Assembly (NCBI GenBank): GCA_963806585.1 | Contig: CAWDYN010000007.1 | Location: 377,375 to 441,374 of the forward strand | Direction: 5' to 3' | Length of the DNA stretch: 64,000 nt | Source of the DNA: an uncultured Thermoleophilia bacterium | GTDB taxonomy: Bacteria > Actinomycetota > Thermoleophilia > Miltoncostaeales > Miltoncostaeaceae | In this document: positions 8,926-19,669 of the stretch, in pieces | How positions within the stretch are numbered: the stretch's first letter is position 1 | Layout: each line of letters starts with the position of its first letter | Made by a program: the position numbers and the translations under genes | The notes under the pieces: model-generated | What the model was told of the DNA's origin: nothing | Databases searched by the model: none | The model's input: only the letters and a program-made list of their open reading frames with translations

Positions 8926-10556
8926 GCCGCCGCCAGCCAGCGGGCCGCCTGGGCGCGGCGACGCTCGAGCTGCTCGAGCGTCGCCTCCCCCACCCGCTCG
9001 ATCCCTATGCGGCGGTTGAGCTCGGCGTTGACCTGCGAGTGCGACAGCCCGGTGATGCGCGAGATGTGGCGCACCAGCGAGGCGTTGGCGTCGCGCAGAC
9101 GACCACGCCGCTCGCGCGGCCGCATGGGCTCGCCCTCGTCGGCGTCCGGCGGCGGGGGCGCCAGCAGGGGCGCCGGCGCCAGCTCCATCAGCAGGTCGCC
9201 CTCCCCGTCCTCTCCCCCGTGGGCGTCGGGACCGGCCTGGGGCTCGACGGGCGGGGCCGCGGGCGCGCCCACCGGCACGGCCGAGATCGCCGCGAACAGC
9301 GACAGCTGGTCGTCGGGCGGCTCGGGGGCCTCGCGCTCGGGCGGCTCGAAATCCTCCTCGGCGGCCGCGGCGGCCTCGGCCCGGCGCAGGCTGTGGCGGC
9401 GCTGCTGGGCGATCGCCAGGGCGTGGCCGCGCAGGCGGGGGTCGTCGGGGATGAACATGTGGCTGGGCTGCGCCCCGAGGCCGCGGGTCCACCGCACCAG
9501 CCGCCCGACCGCCTGGCGGAAGAAGAGCTCGGTGGAGGTGGTCGTGGCGAAGACGCCCACGCGCAGCCGGGGGATGTCGACCCCCTCAGAGAGCATGCGC
9601 ACCGCCACGATCCAGGGATCGGTGCCGCGCGCGAACGCCGCGATGCGCGCCGACGCCCCCGCGTCCTCGGACGTCACCAGGGTCGGGGTGACGCCCACGC
9701 GGCGGCGCATCAGGTCGGCGACGGCGCGCGCGTGGTCCCGGTCGATGGCGATCACCATCCCGCCGGCCCCGGGGTGGGTGCGCCGCACGGCCAGCAGCCG
9801 CTCGTGCGCGCGGCCGAGCACGTCGGGCAGCCAGTCGCCCTCGGGCGACAGCGCGGTCCGCAGGCGCTGGGCGGTCGCGACCGGGTCCAGCGCGTCCTGG
9901 AAGCTCGCCGTCGCGTACAGGCCGTCGCTGCCGATCCACTCCATCTGGCCGTCGGTGCGCGGGAACCGCACCGGACGGACGACCCCGCCGTCCGAGAGCG
10001 CGTCGCCGTAGCCGTACTCCATGTCCGCGCGGGCCAGGCCGTCGTCGTCGTACCGCACGAACGGGATCGCCCGCGTGTCCGAGCGGAAGGGGGTCCCCGA
10101 CAGGCTCAGGCGCACCGCCGAACCGGCGAACGCCGCGCGCACCGCGTCTCCCCAGGCCCGCTCCTCGCCCGAGTGGTGGGCCTCGTCCAGCACGACGAAT
10201 GCGTCGCGGGCGATGCCGGCGAGGGCTCCGGTGCTCGCGGCGACCTGCTGGTAGGTCGTCACCATCCCGTGCATGTCGGAGGGCAGGCGCCCGTCGGACG
10301 CCGCCCAGCCCGGCTCGAGGTGCAGGTCGAGCGCCTCGGCCGCGTCGGCCCACTGCGTCTTGAGGTGCTGGGTGGGCGCCACCACCACCAGCCGGCGGCG
10401 CGGGTGCTCGCCCAGGTGCTGGCGGGCCGCCGCCAGCGCGAACGTGGTCTTGCCCGCCCCCGGCGTCGCCACCGCGAGGAAGTCGGAGCCGTCGCGGGCC
10501 TGGAAGGCCTCGAGGGCTGACCGCTGCCAGCGGCGGAGTCGGATCGTGTGAGCCAT
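8922..10556 (-). CDS. SF2 DEAD/DEAH-box helicase (actinobacterial type)
   Basis: LRRWQ Q-motif, ATPGAGKT, DEAHH, LSGTPFRSD, VRMLSEGVDIPRL, FRQAVGR. Confidence 0.92.
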   Translation of the reverse strand: MAHTIRLRRWQRSALEAFQARDGSDFLAVATPGAGKTTFALAAARQHLGEHPRRRLVVVAPTQHLKTQWADAAEALDLHLEPGWAASDGRLPSDMHGMVTTYQQVAASTGALAGIARDAFVVLDEAHHSGEERAWGDAVRAAFAGSAVRLSLSGTPFRSDTRAIPFVRYDDDGLARADMEYGYGDALSDGGVVRPVRFPRTDGQMEWIGSDGLYATASFQDALDPVATAQRLRTALSPEGDWLPDVLGRAHERLLAVRRTHPGAGGMVIAIDRDHARAVADLMRRRVGVTPTLVTSEDAGASARIAAFARGTDPWIVAVRMLSEGVDIPRLRVGVFATTTSTELFFRQAVGRLVRWTRGLGAQPSHMFIPDDPRLRGHALAIAQQRRHSLRRAEAAAAAEEDFEPPEREAPEPPDDQLSLFAAISAVPVGAPAAPPVEPQAGPDAHGGEDGEGDLLMELAPAPLLAPPPPDADEGEPMRPRERRGRLRDANASLVRHISRITGLSHSQVNAELNRRIGIERVGEATLEQLERRRAQAARWLAAA

Positions 10557-10674
10557 GCGAGCGCGGCACGATACCGGGCCGCGCGGATGTGACGGCGCGA
10601 AGGGCTGGAACGGGGCGCCGGGGCCTCCGGTAACGTGGCGCGGCCAGAGCCGTGCGCGTGCATCGGAGGGGTCA

Positions 10675-12870
10675 ATGAGGGCGTTCACCCGCTGGGTTCT
10701 GCACCACAAGCTGTGGGTGGTCGTTGCCTGGGTCATCATCGCCGTCGCGGCGTTCGCCTCGACGTCCGCGTCGGCCGACGCGCTGTCGGCGGAGTTCAAC
10801 CTGCCCGGGCGGGAGAGCTCGGAGGCCTCGGCGATCATCTACCAGCGGTACGGCAACGGCGGCCCTCGCGTCTCCGGACCCCTGGTGACCGTGGTGGAGC
10901 TCCCCGAGGGCACGACGATGGACAGCCCCGGCGTGCGCGAGGAGGTCGGCGCGGCGTTCGCGAAGGTGGCCGCCGCCATCCCCGGCTCGCGCGCCGCCGA
11001 CTACGCGAGCACCGGCGACCCGCTCTTCGTGTCGAAGGACGGCCGGACCACCTTCGGCGTGGTCTGGTTCCCGCCCTCCGACGTGGCGTTCGAGCCCGCC
11101 GGCGTCGCCCTGGACCAGGCGCGCGCGGCGGCCGAGGGCCTGACCGTCAACGGCGCCCCGGTGCGGATCACCGGCATCGACGCGCTCATCAGCGGCGACG
11201 AGGCGACCGAGGGCCCGAGCGTGCTCGTGGAGACCCTGATCGGCGGCCTGGGCGCGCTGATCGTGCTGGCGTTCGTGTTCGGCTCGATGATGGCCTTCGT
11301 GCCGCTGCTGATGGCGGCGATCGCGATCCCCACTACCTTCCTGGTGCTGTGGCCGCTGGCCGAGGCGACCGAGGTCTCGGTCGTCGTCCAGTTCCTGATC
11401 GCCCTGATCGGGCTGGGCGTCGCCATCGACTACGCCCTGCTGATCGTGATGCGCTGGCGCGAGGAGCGCGGCGCCGGGCGCGATCCGGAGGAGGCGGTGC
11501 TCCAGACGATGCAGCACGCCGGAGCGGCGGTGATCTTCAGCGGCATCGCCGTCGCGATCGGGCTCCTGGCCCTGGTGGTGCTGCCGGTGCCGTTCCTGCG
11601 CAGCATCGGGTACGGCGGCCTGCTGATCCCGCTCATCAGCGTGCTGGTGGCCATCACGCTGCTGCCGGTCATCCTCGCGACGATCGGGCCGCGGCTCGAC
11701 CGCATCGGCTTCCGGCGCCGCACCTCGAGCGCCGGCCAGGGGTGGGTCCCGTGGGGCCGCTTCGTCGTCAAGCACCGCTGGATCGTGGGCGCGGTCGCGC
11801 TCATCATCATGGCGATCATCTTCGCGCCGGTGCTCGACTTCTCGACGGGCTCCCCGCGCGCCGACGCCCTCGCCGGCAGCGGCAGCGCGCGCGAGGGCCT
11901 CAACTCGCTCGACGAGCTCGGGCATCGGCCCGGGCGTGCTCTGCCCGTACGAGGTGGTGGTGATCAACGGCGACGCCGACGCGACGGCCGCGACGGCCGC
12001 CGGAGTCGAGGGCGTGCGCGGGGCGGTCGCCCCGACCGGCCAGGAGTGGCGCCGCGGTGACAGCGCGATCGTCCAGGTCTTCCCGGACGAGGAGGACAGC
12101 GCGTCCAACGTGCGGGCGGTGCGCAAGGCGGTCCACGCCGGCGACGGCGAGGTGCTGGTCGGCGGCGGGACCCCGGGGGTGTCGACTTCAACGAGGCCGT
12201 CTACGGCAACTTCATCTGGGTCATCCTGGTGATCCTGGTCGTGACGTACATCCTGCTGGCGCGCGTGTTCCGCTCGCTGCTGCTGCCGCTGAAGGCGATC
12301 GTCTTCAACGTCATCTCCATCGGAGCCGTGTGGGGCTTCATGGTCTTCTTCTGGCAGAAGGGCCACGGCTCGGAGGCGATCTTCGGCATCGAGCCGACCG
12401 GAGCGCTCACCGTCTGGATCCCGCTGATGGTGTTCGCGTTCCTCTACGGCCTCTCGATGGACTACGAGGTCTTCATCCTCAGCCGCATGCGCGAGGAGTA
12501 CGACCGCGACGGGTTGACCGACCGGGCCGTGGTGGCCGGGCTGGCGCGCACCGGGCGCCTGGTGACGGCGGGCTCCCTGATCCTGTTCCTGGCCTTCACC
12601 GCGCTGGCATCCGGGCCGGAGACCGACATCAAGGTGTTCGCGACCGCGCTGGCCGTCGGCATCATCGTGGACGCGACGATCGTGCGCAGCATGCTCCTGC
12701 CGGCATTCGTGTCGGTGCTCGGCCGCTGGAACTGGTGGATGCCGGCGTGGGCCGCGCGCATCCTGCGCGTCGAGCCGAGCTACCCGCCGCCCGAGACGCG
12801 CGGCGCGGTCCCGCTCACCCTTGACCCGGAGCCCCCGCCCCGGATCGACCCCACGCCGACGCCCAACTGA
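10675..12870 (+). CDS. MMPL family transporter (frameshifted in assembly)
   Basis: IGLGVAIDYALL and GLSMDYEVFILSRMREE motifs; indels near 11918 and 12180. Confidence 0.92.
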
Positions 12871-12944
12871 CCGTCCCCGCCACCTCCCCGGCTCACACCC
12901 GCGCGAGGGGGCGTCGTCGGACGCCGTGGGTACCCTGCCCGGCG

Positions 12945-14042
12945 ATGCGTCGCGCCCTTCCGACCCTCGGCGTCGTCGTCGTGCTCGTTTCCTCCCCCGC
13001 CGCGCTCGGCCAGACGACCGTCTCCGACCCGGGGCCGAGGGCACCCACGACGCCCACGGCGCCCGTCGTGCCACCGACGCACCGGGCCATGGCGACCGGC
13101 TGGGGCGCGATGGTCGTGGCGGGCGCCGCGCTGCTGTCGGCCCCGGACGCGGCGGCCGCTCCGTCCGGCACCGTCACCAGCACCAGGGTCGCCGGGCGCG
13201 CGCGGACGGTCCAGCGCGACAGCGCGGGCGCGGTGTGGGTGCGCATGTCCTTTCCCGACGCGGTGACCGGATGGGCCCCCGCCGCACGGGTCCGCGCTCT
13301 CCCGGCCCCCGTCGCGCTCTCGGCCCGCACCCGGCGGATCCTGACGCGGGCGAACGCGTCACTCGGCGCGAGGGCGGCCCTGGTGGTCCGCGACCAGTGG
13401 GGCCGCACCCTGTTCGCGGCCGGCACCCACCGGCCGCTGTCGCTGGCATCGGTCACCAAGATGGCGACGGTCTCGGCGGCCCTCCGCGCCGACCCCGCGC
13501 TTCCCCTGCGGTCGGTGGCCGCGATCCTGGCGCCGTCCGACAACCTCAGGGCCCAAGCCCTCTCGGACCGCCTCGGATCGGGCAGCCACGTCCTTGGCGC
13601 CCGCCGGGCGGTGGAGCACGCCGCCGCGCTCGGCGCCGACTGGCGGCTGGTTGACGGCTCCGGCCTGTCGCCCGCCAACCGCGCCAGCGCCGGTGAGGTC
13701 GCCGATCTGTTGCTGGGCGTCCGCGACGAGCCCGGCTTTCGCACGCTGCTGCGCGGCATGCCCATGGCCGGGCGCACCGGCACGCTCGCCGGTCGCATGA
13801 TCGGCACCAGCGCAGCCGGCCGCGTCAGGGCCAAGACGGGGTCGTTGTTCGATCACCCCACCTCGTCGCTGGCCGGCTACTTCTGGCCCGCCGGCTCCGG
13901 CCTGAGCCCCGAGCGCGCGCTGGTGGTCGTGTCGCTGGAGAACGGCGCGTCGCCCTACCGCGCCCGGCCCGTTCAGGACGCCGTCGCCACGGCGCTCACC
14001 GCGCGCGGCGCACTCGTCCCCGCGACGGCCGTCGCGGGCTGA
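12945..14042 (+). CDS. compact D-Ala-D-Ala carboxypeptidase/endopeptidase (peptidase S13, PBP4-like)
   Basis: SVTK (SxxK), SDN, DGSGLS, AKTG motifs; N-terminal signal; start uncertain (12945 or 13089). Confidence 0.85.
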   Translation: MRRALPTLGVVVVLVSSPAALGQTTVSDPGPRAPTTPTAPVVPPTHRAMATGWGAMVVAGAALLSAPDAAAAPSGTVTSTRVAGRARTVQRDSAGAVWVRMSFPDAVTGWAPAARVRALPAPVALSARTRRILTRANASLGARAALVVRDQWGRTLFAAGTHRPLSLASVTKMATVSAALRADPALPLRSVAAILAPSDNLRAQALSDRLGSGSHVLGARRAVEHAAALGADWRLVDGSGLSPANRASAGEVADLLLGVRDEPGFRTLLRGMPMAGRTGTLAGRMIGTSAAGRVRAKTGSLFDHPTSSLAGYFWPAGSGLSPERALVVVSLENGASPYRARPVQDAVATALTARGALVPATAVAG

Positions 14043-14076
14043 CGACCCCGCCCAGGCGCCTCGGCGCCCCCTCGGA

Positions 14077-15543
14077 TCAGCCCGGTGAGGGCGCGACGCC
14101 CTCCTCGCCGCGGGCGCGGGAGCGCCGGGGCGCGATGGCCAGCGCCAGCCCGGCGGCGATCAGGGCGGCGATGGCGCCGAGCCACAGCGACGCGCTGAAG
14201 CCGGACTCGGCCGGCACCGAGGTCCCGGCGATCGTCCGGCTGGCGATCAGGGTGACGGCCGCCTGGCTGCCGATGACGCTGCCGACCGTGCGCACGACGG
14301 TGTTCATGCCCGTGGCGATCCCGGTCTCGGTGGGACTCACCGCGTCCGCGATCAGCTTGGGCATCGCGCCGAAGGCGATGGCCACGCCCCCCGCGCCGAT
14401 CGCGTAGCCGAGCATGAGCTGCCACGGCTCGGCGTGGAGCGCCGCCAGCATGGCGGAGCCGAGCGCCGTGACCACGAGGCCGATGGCCAGCGCGACGCGG
14501 AAGGTGACCCATCGCCCCAGGACGCCCCCGAAGGGGCCGGCGGGCAGCATCACCAGGGCGCCCGGCAGCAGGTAGAGCGCGGACACGGTGACCGTGGCGC
14601 CGAAGCCGTAGGTCACCAGCGAGGCGACATCGGGCGGCAGTCCGCTCGGGATCTGGGCGAACAGCGGCAGCACCGTGAAGATCGCGTACATCGTGAAGCC
14701 GCAGAACAGCGCGGCCAGGTTGGTGAACAGCACCGGCCGGCGGGCCAGCATGCGCATGTCCACCATGGGCTGCCGGGTGCGGGTCTCCACCCAGCCCCAG
14801 ATCAGCAGGATCATTACGCCGCCGGCGATCGCGCCCGTGAAGCGGGCCGACCCCCAGCCCCAGCCGCGCCCCTCGGTGAGCCCCACCAGGATCACGATCA
14901 GGCCCGCCGACAGGAGCAGGGCGCCGGGGATGTCCAGCTTCGCGGCGCTCCGCTGGGGCGATGAGGGGATGAAGCGCGAGACGAGGACGATGCCGAGGAT
15001 CCCGATGACGGCGCCGACCACGAACAGGAGGCGCCACGAGCCGTGGTTGACGATGACCCCGCTCATCACGAGGCCGAGGCCGCCGCCGAGCCCGAGCATC
15101 GACGAGATCAGCCCCATCGCCACGCCCATCCTCGCGGGGGGCACCTCGTCGCGGATAATGGAGAAACTGAGCGGATAGACCGCCCCGCCCACACCCTGAA
15201 GCGCCCGGAAGACGATCAGGGACGAGATATTCCAGGCGAAGATGGACAGGACCGATCCGAGGGTGAACAGGGCGAGGGTCACGAGCAGCATGCGGTCCTT
15301 GCCGAACTGGTCGCCCAGGCGACCGAGCAGCGGCGTCGCGACCGAGGCGCTGAGGAGGTAGATGCTGATCGTCCAGGCCGCCCACTCCGTGCTGGTGCCG
15401 AGGTCGCGCTGCACGATCGGCAGCGCCGGCACGATCACGGCCTGCATCAGCGCGAAGCTGCCCGACGCGCACGTCAGGGCGACCAGGATGCGCCCCGGGT
15501 GCAGGCGGCGAGCCGCGTCGGATGCGGCGCTGGCTGAGGCCAT
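14077..15543 (-). CDS. 14-TM MFS drug transporter (DHA2-like)
   Basis: GRLGDQFGK motif A, FRALQGVGGA, LDIPGA, PMVDMRML. Confidence 0.93.
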   Translation of the reverse strand: MASASAASDAARRLHPGRILVALTCASGSFALMQAVIVPALPIVQRDLGTSTEWAAWTISIYLLSASVATPLLGRLGDQFGKDRMLLVTLALFTLGSVLSIFAWNISSLIVFRALQGVGGAVYPLSFSIIRDEVPPARMGVAMGLISSMLGLGGGLGLVMSGVIVNHGSWRLLFVVGAVIGILGIVLVSRFIPSSPQRSAAKLDIPGALLLSAGLIVILVGLTEGRGWGWGSARFTGAIAGGVMILLIWGWVETRTRQPMVDMRMLARRPVLFTNLAALFCGFTMYAIFTVLPLFAQIPSGLPPDVASLVTYGFGATVTVSALYLLPGALVMLPAGPFGGVLGRWVTFRVALAIGLVVTALGSAMLAALHAEPWQLMLGYAIGAGGVAIAFGAMPKLIADAVSPTETGIATGMNTVVRTVGSVIGSQAAVTLIASRTIAGTSVPAESGFSASLWLGAIAALIAAGLALAIAPRRSRARGEEGVAPSPG

Positions 15544-15564
15544 CGAACACCCTCCGGGGCGTGG

Positions 15565-15596
15565 TTGACGATCGATCTTTACGCAGCGTACAGTAA
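15565..15596. promoter_or_regulatory. promoter TTGACG-N18-TACAGT overlapped by TetR-type operator TTACGCAGCGTACAGTAA
   Basis: Imperfect palindrome (TTAC...GTAA, inner TACGC-A-GCGTA) at 15579-15596 between divergent MFS and TetR genes. Confidence 0.65.
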
Positions 15597-15636
15597 GTCA
15601 CGCGATGCCGACCGCCCCCCGCGACCCCGCCCCCCG

Positions 15637-16230
15637 ATGACGCGCCCGCGCGGACGGGGGCGCCCCCGCTCGGCCGAGAACGACGGCGCGATCCTGGAGG
15701 CCGCCACCCAACTGCTGCGCGAGCAGGGCTTCGCGAGCATGTCGATGGAGGGGGTGGCCGCCGCCGCCGGCGTGAGCAAGCCGACCCTCTACCTGCGCTA
15801 CGCGTCCAAGTCCGAGCTGGTCGTGGCCGTCCTGGTGCACCTGCGGATCGGCGGCGCACCCGCCCTCACCGGCGACGTGCGGGCCGATCTGATCGCTCAG
15901 CTGCGCCACCTGCGCGAGGTCTACGAGCGCACCGGCATGACGCTGATCGGCACCTGCCTGGCCGAGGAGCCGCACCTGCCCGACCTCATCGCCGAGCTGC
16001 GCGCGCGCAGCCTGGTCCCCGGCCGCCAGCTGCTGCGCGACGCGTTCCACGCGGCGCGCGCGCGCGGCGAGATCGATCCGGCGGCCGACATCGAGACGGC
16101 AATCGAGACCGCGATCGGCGCGTACTACGCCCGCTATCTCGCCGGCGACCCCTTCGAGCCGGGATGGGAGGAGCGGGTGGCCGACGTCACCCTGCGCGGC
16201 CTGGGGGCGGCGGAGGCGGCCTCGCGCTAG
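15637..16230 (+). CDS. TetR/AcrR family transcriptional regulator
   Basis: GRPRS...ILEAATQLLREQGFASMSMEGVAAAAGVSKPTLYLRY HTH. Confidence 0.95.
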   Translation: MTRPRGRGRPRSAENDGAILEAATQLLREQGFASMSMEGVAAAAGVSKPTLYLRYASKSELVVAVLVHLRIGGAPALTGDVRADLIAQLRHLREVYERTGMTLIGTCLAEEPHLPDLIAELRARSLVPGRQLLRDAFHAARARGEIDPAADIETAIETAIGAYYARYLAGDPFEPGWEERVADVTLRGLGAAEAASR

Positions 16231-16613
16231 GCGCGCACCGGCGTCGGGTGGCCCTCCGCGTCGACGGCGACCATCGCGAAGATCCCCTCGGTGCAGAGCT
16301 CGCGCTCGCGGGTCGAGGGGTCCTCGCGGTGGGCCTCGACCCTCACCCGCATGCTGGTGCGGCCGACCGACTCCACGCGGGCGACCAGCTCCACCAGCTC
16401 GCCCTGGCGGATCACCACGCGGAAGGTGAGCGTGTCCACCGCGGCCGTCACGACGGCCGCCGACCCGGACCGCCGCACGCCGGCGACGGCCGCCGCCGAA
16501 TCCATCCACGCCATCAGCGTTCCGCCGTAGAGGGTCCCCAGGTGGTTGGTGTCCCCCGGGAAGACGAAGTGGCAGATCCGCGTCTCGGGACGCTGCTCGT
16601 CCGCGCCGGTCAT
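16227..16613 (-). CDS. acyl-CoA thioesterase (hotdog fold)
   Basis: VFPGDTNHLGTLYGGTLMAWMD, VGRTSM, MVAVD. Confidence 0.93.
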   Translation of the reverse strand: MTGADEQRPETRICHFVFPGDTNHLGTLYGGTLMAWMDSAAAVAGVRRSGSAAVVTAAVDTLTFRVVIRQGELVELVARVESVGRTSMRVRVEAHREDPSTRERELCTEGIFAMVAVDAEGHPTPVRA

Positions 16614-18413
16614 CGGCCCGGGTCGCGGTCGCCAGGATGTCGAGGATCCGTTGCGCGTGCGTCTCCATCAGCCAGGGCCCCACGCCGCGCACGCCCCCAG
16701 GGCGCCGTCGTCGCGGGGTGCCGCCTGCGCGATGGCGGACAGCGTCCGGTTGGAGGCGACCCGGAACGCCGGCCAGCCCAGCTCCTTGGCCACCTCGGCC
16801 CGCCACGCCCGCAGCGCCTCGAAGGTGCGCCGCTCGTCCACGCGAAGCGCCTCGGCCGGCGCGGCGGCCGCCCGGGCGCGCGGCGCCTCGGCGGGCGCGG
16901 CGCTGAGGGCGGCGAGGTCGGGGGGCGGCGCGCAGACGTCGCAGCAGCGCTCCTCGGGCGCGGGCTCGGCCGCGATCGTCGAAGTGGCCCAGGAAGGCGC
17001 GCGCGGCGACAGCGCGAGGCCCGGACGTACCCGGCGGCCTGGTCGAGGCTGCGGTGGCGTCGGCGCAGCTCCGCGGCGACCTGGCCCTCGAGGTCGTCGC
17101 GCTGGTCGGGAGTGAGCCGGGCCCGACGAGCCGTCCCCGTCGGCCGCCGCCCGGGCGCGCCCTCGACCATGCAGCGCGCCGACCCGCTCGGCCATGGCCA
17201 GGCGGAAGCCGGTCTCGTCGTCGACCTCCCGGCGGTCCAGCGGGAAGCCGCCGTCCGGCGTCGGCGCGGTCGGCCAGCCGGGCGAGCAGCTGCTCGATCT
17301 CGCCCACGTCGATCCTGCGCGTTGGCGATCCGGCGGCGGATGGCCATCTCGTCGGAGGGCCCCGCGACGATCAGGTGCCGCGAGGGCTCGCCGTCGCGGC
17401 CGGCGCGGCCGGCCTCCTGGTACAGCTGCTCCAGCGAGTCCGGCAGGGCCGTGTGCACCACGAGGCGCACGTCGGGGACGTTGACGCCCATGCCGAACGC
17501 GTTGGTCGCCGCGACGACCTGGGCCCGTCCGCTCGAGAAGGCCTCCTGGGCCTCCGCGCGGTCGGAGCGGCCGGCGTGGTAGCACGACCGCCGCGTGACC
17601 GGCCGCTGCGGCGGCCTCGGCCGTCTCCTCGGCCGCCCGGCGCGTGCCGCAGTAGACGATCGTCTTGCCCCCCTCGGCCCCCGCCAGCGCGGCCAGCATC
17701 GCCTGGCGCTTGCGCGCCACCGAGCCCTTGCCCTCGACCCACAGGGCGTCGAAGGTCAGGTTCGGCCGGTCGAAGCCGCCGACGATCTCCACCGGCCGCT
17801 CCAGCTCGAGGCGGCGGGCGATGTCGGCGCGCACGCGCTCGCGGTGGCCGTCGCGGTCAGGGCCATCGTCGCCCGCGGGGCCAGCTCGCGCCGGAACTGG
17901 CCGACCCGGCGGTAGTCGGGACGGAACTCGTGGCCCCACTCGGACACGCAGTGGGCCTCGTCGATCACCAGCAGCGCCACGTGGGCGTCGGCCACGGCGC
18001 GCCGGAAGACCGCCGACTGGAAGCGCTCGGGCGCCACGTAGAGCAGCGCCAGCTCCCCGGCCCGGGCGCGAGCGAGCGCGCCCCGCTGCTCGTCGTCGCC
18101 CAGCCCGGAGTGGAGCGCGGCCGCCGGTATCCCGGCCCGCTCGAGCCCGGCCAGCTGGTCGGTCATGAGCGCGATCAGCGGCGACACCACCACCGTGAGC
18201 CCGCCGAGGGCGGCGGCGGGAGCCTGGTAGCAGAGCGACTTCCCCGAGCCGGTCGCCATCACCACGAGCGCGTCGCGTCCCGCACATCGCGGCGGCGATG
18301 GCCCGGTCCTGACCCGGCCGCAGGCGGCGCACGCCCAGGCGCTCGAGCGCGTCGCGCAGGCCGGGCCGGCGCGGCGTGGCGACGCCCTCGCCCGGCGCGA
18401 CGCGGCGCGCCAC
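16610..18413 (-). CDS. recQ: ATP-dependent DNA helicase RecQ family with HRDC domain (frameshifted)
   Basis: ATGSGKSLCYQ, DEAHCVSEWGHEFRPDY, FDRPNL, QEAGRAGRDG, CCDVC, ALRAWR HRDC; start approximate. Confidence 0.88.
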
Positions 18414-18439
18414 GAGACAGGTCACGAGGTCGCCCACCA

Positions 18440-18729
18440 GCCCCACGGGACCCCGGGTCGAGACCGGGCCACGCCTCACGCAGCGCGGCCAGGGAGGCCT
18501 CGATGCGCGCGTGCGCCTCGGGCGGCTCGACGCCGGCGATCTCGGTCGCCTCGACCCAGCGCGCGAGCTCGGCGAGCTCGGCCAGGGGCAGCTCCGCCCC
18601 GTCGATGCCGTTGGTCGCCGCCGTCGCCGTGGTCACCCGTCCAGGGTGCCAGTCACGCCGGACGGATGCCCGGGCCGTCACCCGCCGGCGACCGCCGCCG
18701 GGGGTGATCGTGATCGTGAGCTCCTCCAC
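18440..18729 (-). CDS. small hypothetical protein
   Basis: MEELTITITPGG...ELARWVEATEIAG after GGAGG SD; 3' end uncertain. Confidence 0.5.
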
Positions 18730-18784
18730 CCTCCGGCGGGCGGGGTACGGTTACGCGCAGGGCCGACCGACGAGAGGACCCGCG

Positions 18785-19591
18785 GTGAGCATCAGCCGAG
18801 TGGTGTGCGCGATCGAGGTGGGGGCGCGCGGCGAGGCCGTCGCCCGCCAGGCGATCGCCCTGGCGCCTCTCGGGGCGCCGGTGGTGCTCGTGGGAGCGGT
18901 CGACCTCGAGGCCGCCGAGCGCGCGATGCAGCCGATGTCCGGCGAGATGGACACCGGCCAGCTCATCGCCCCGATCCCCGCCGCGGCGGCCGAGGTGCTG
19001 ATGGACTCGGTCCGCGCCGACGTCGAGGCCGTCCGCGCGGCCCTCGCGGACGTCGCCGCGGTGACCACCTCCGTCGTCGAGGGCCCCCTGATCGTCGCCA
19101 TGCAGGAGGCCGCCGGCGACGACCCGGGGGCCCTGCTGGCGCTCGACGCCCCCCATGAGCGCCGCGCGCTGGGCATGATCGGCGGCGAGCCCGCCACGTG
19201 GCTGCTGCACGAGACGAGCCAGCCGGTGCTCCTGGCGCGCGCCGCCTCGCGGCCCGAGGCGTTCCCGCGCACCATCGCCGTCGGCTACGACGGCGGCGAC
19301 ACGTCGGCCGCCGCGGTCGTGGCCGCCGGTGCCATCGCGGCGCTCCGGGAGGCGGACCTGCGGGTCATCATCGCCAAGGGCGGGCCCGCCGACGGCATCG
19401 GGTCCCTGGCGGACGGCCTGCCCGCGCACGAGGTGATCCACGACAGGCACCATCCCGTGCACGCGCTCTCGGACGCCGACGTCGACCTGGTCGTGGTCGG
19501 CAGTCGCGGCCTGCACGGCCTGCGGGCCCTCGGCAGCGTGAGCGAGCGGGTGGCCCACAAGGCCCACGCCTCGGTATTGGTGGTTCGCTGA
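18785..19591 (+). CDS. tandem universal stress protein
   Basis: IAVGYDG, DLVVVGSRGLHGLRALGSVSERVAHKAHASVLVVR. Confidence 0.9.
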   Translation: MSISRVVCAIEVGARGEAVARQAIALAPLGAPVVLVGAVDLEAAERAMQPMSGEMDTGQLIAPIPAAAAEVLMDSVRADVEAVRAALADVAAVTTSVVEGPLIVAMQEAAGDDPGALLALDAPHERRALGMIGGEPATWLLHETSQPVLLARAASRPEAFPRTIAVGYDGGDTSAAAVVAAGAIAALREADLRVIIAKGGPADGIGSLADGLPAHEVIHDRHHPVHALSDADVDLVVVGSRGLHGLRALGSVSERVAHKAHASVLVVR

Positions 19592-19669
19592 GGCCACGCC
19601 AGCGAGGAGGGTGAGCCCCGGCCGCGAAACCGTCAGGGTGAGCGCAGGCGATCGGCAAAGGGGTCCACA

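Noticed and set aside
8922-10556. Helicase as restriction-modification or anti-phage system
   Set aside because: No adjacent methylase, nuclease or defence genes; matches a common stand-alone actinobacterial SF2 family.
8922-16230. Convergent genes sharing a CTAG double stop (8922-8925, 16227-16230)
   Set aside because: Common compact arrangement in high-GC genomes; no special function implied.
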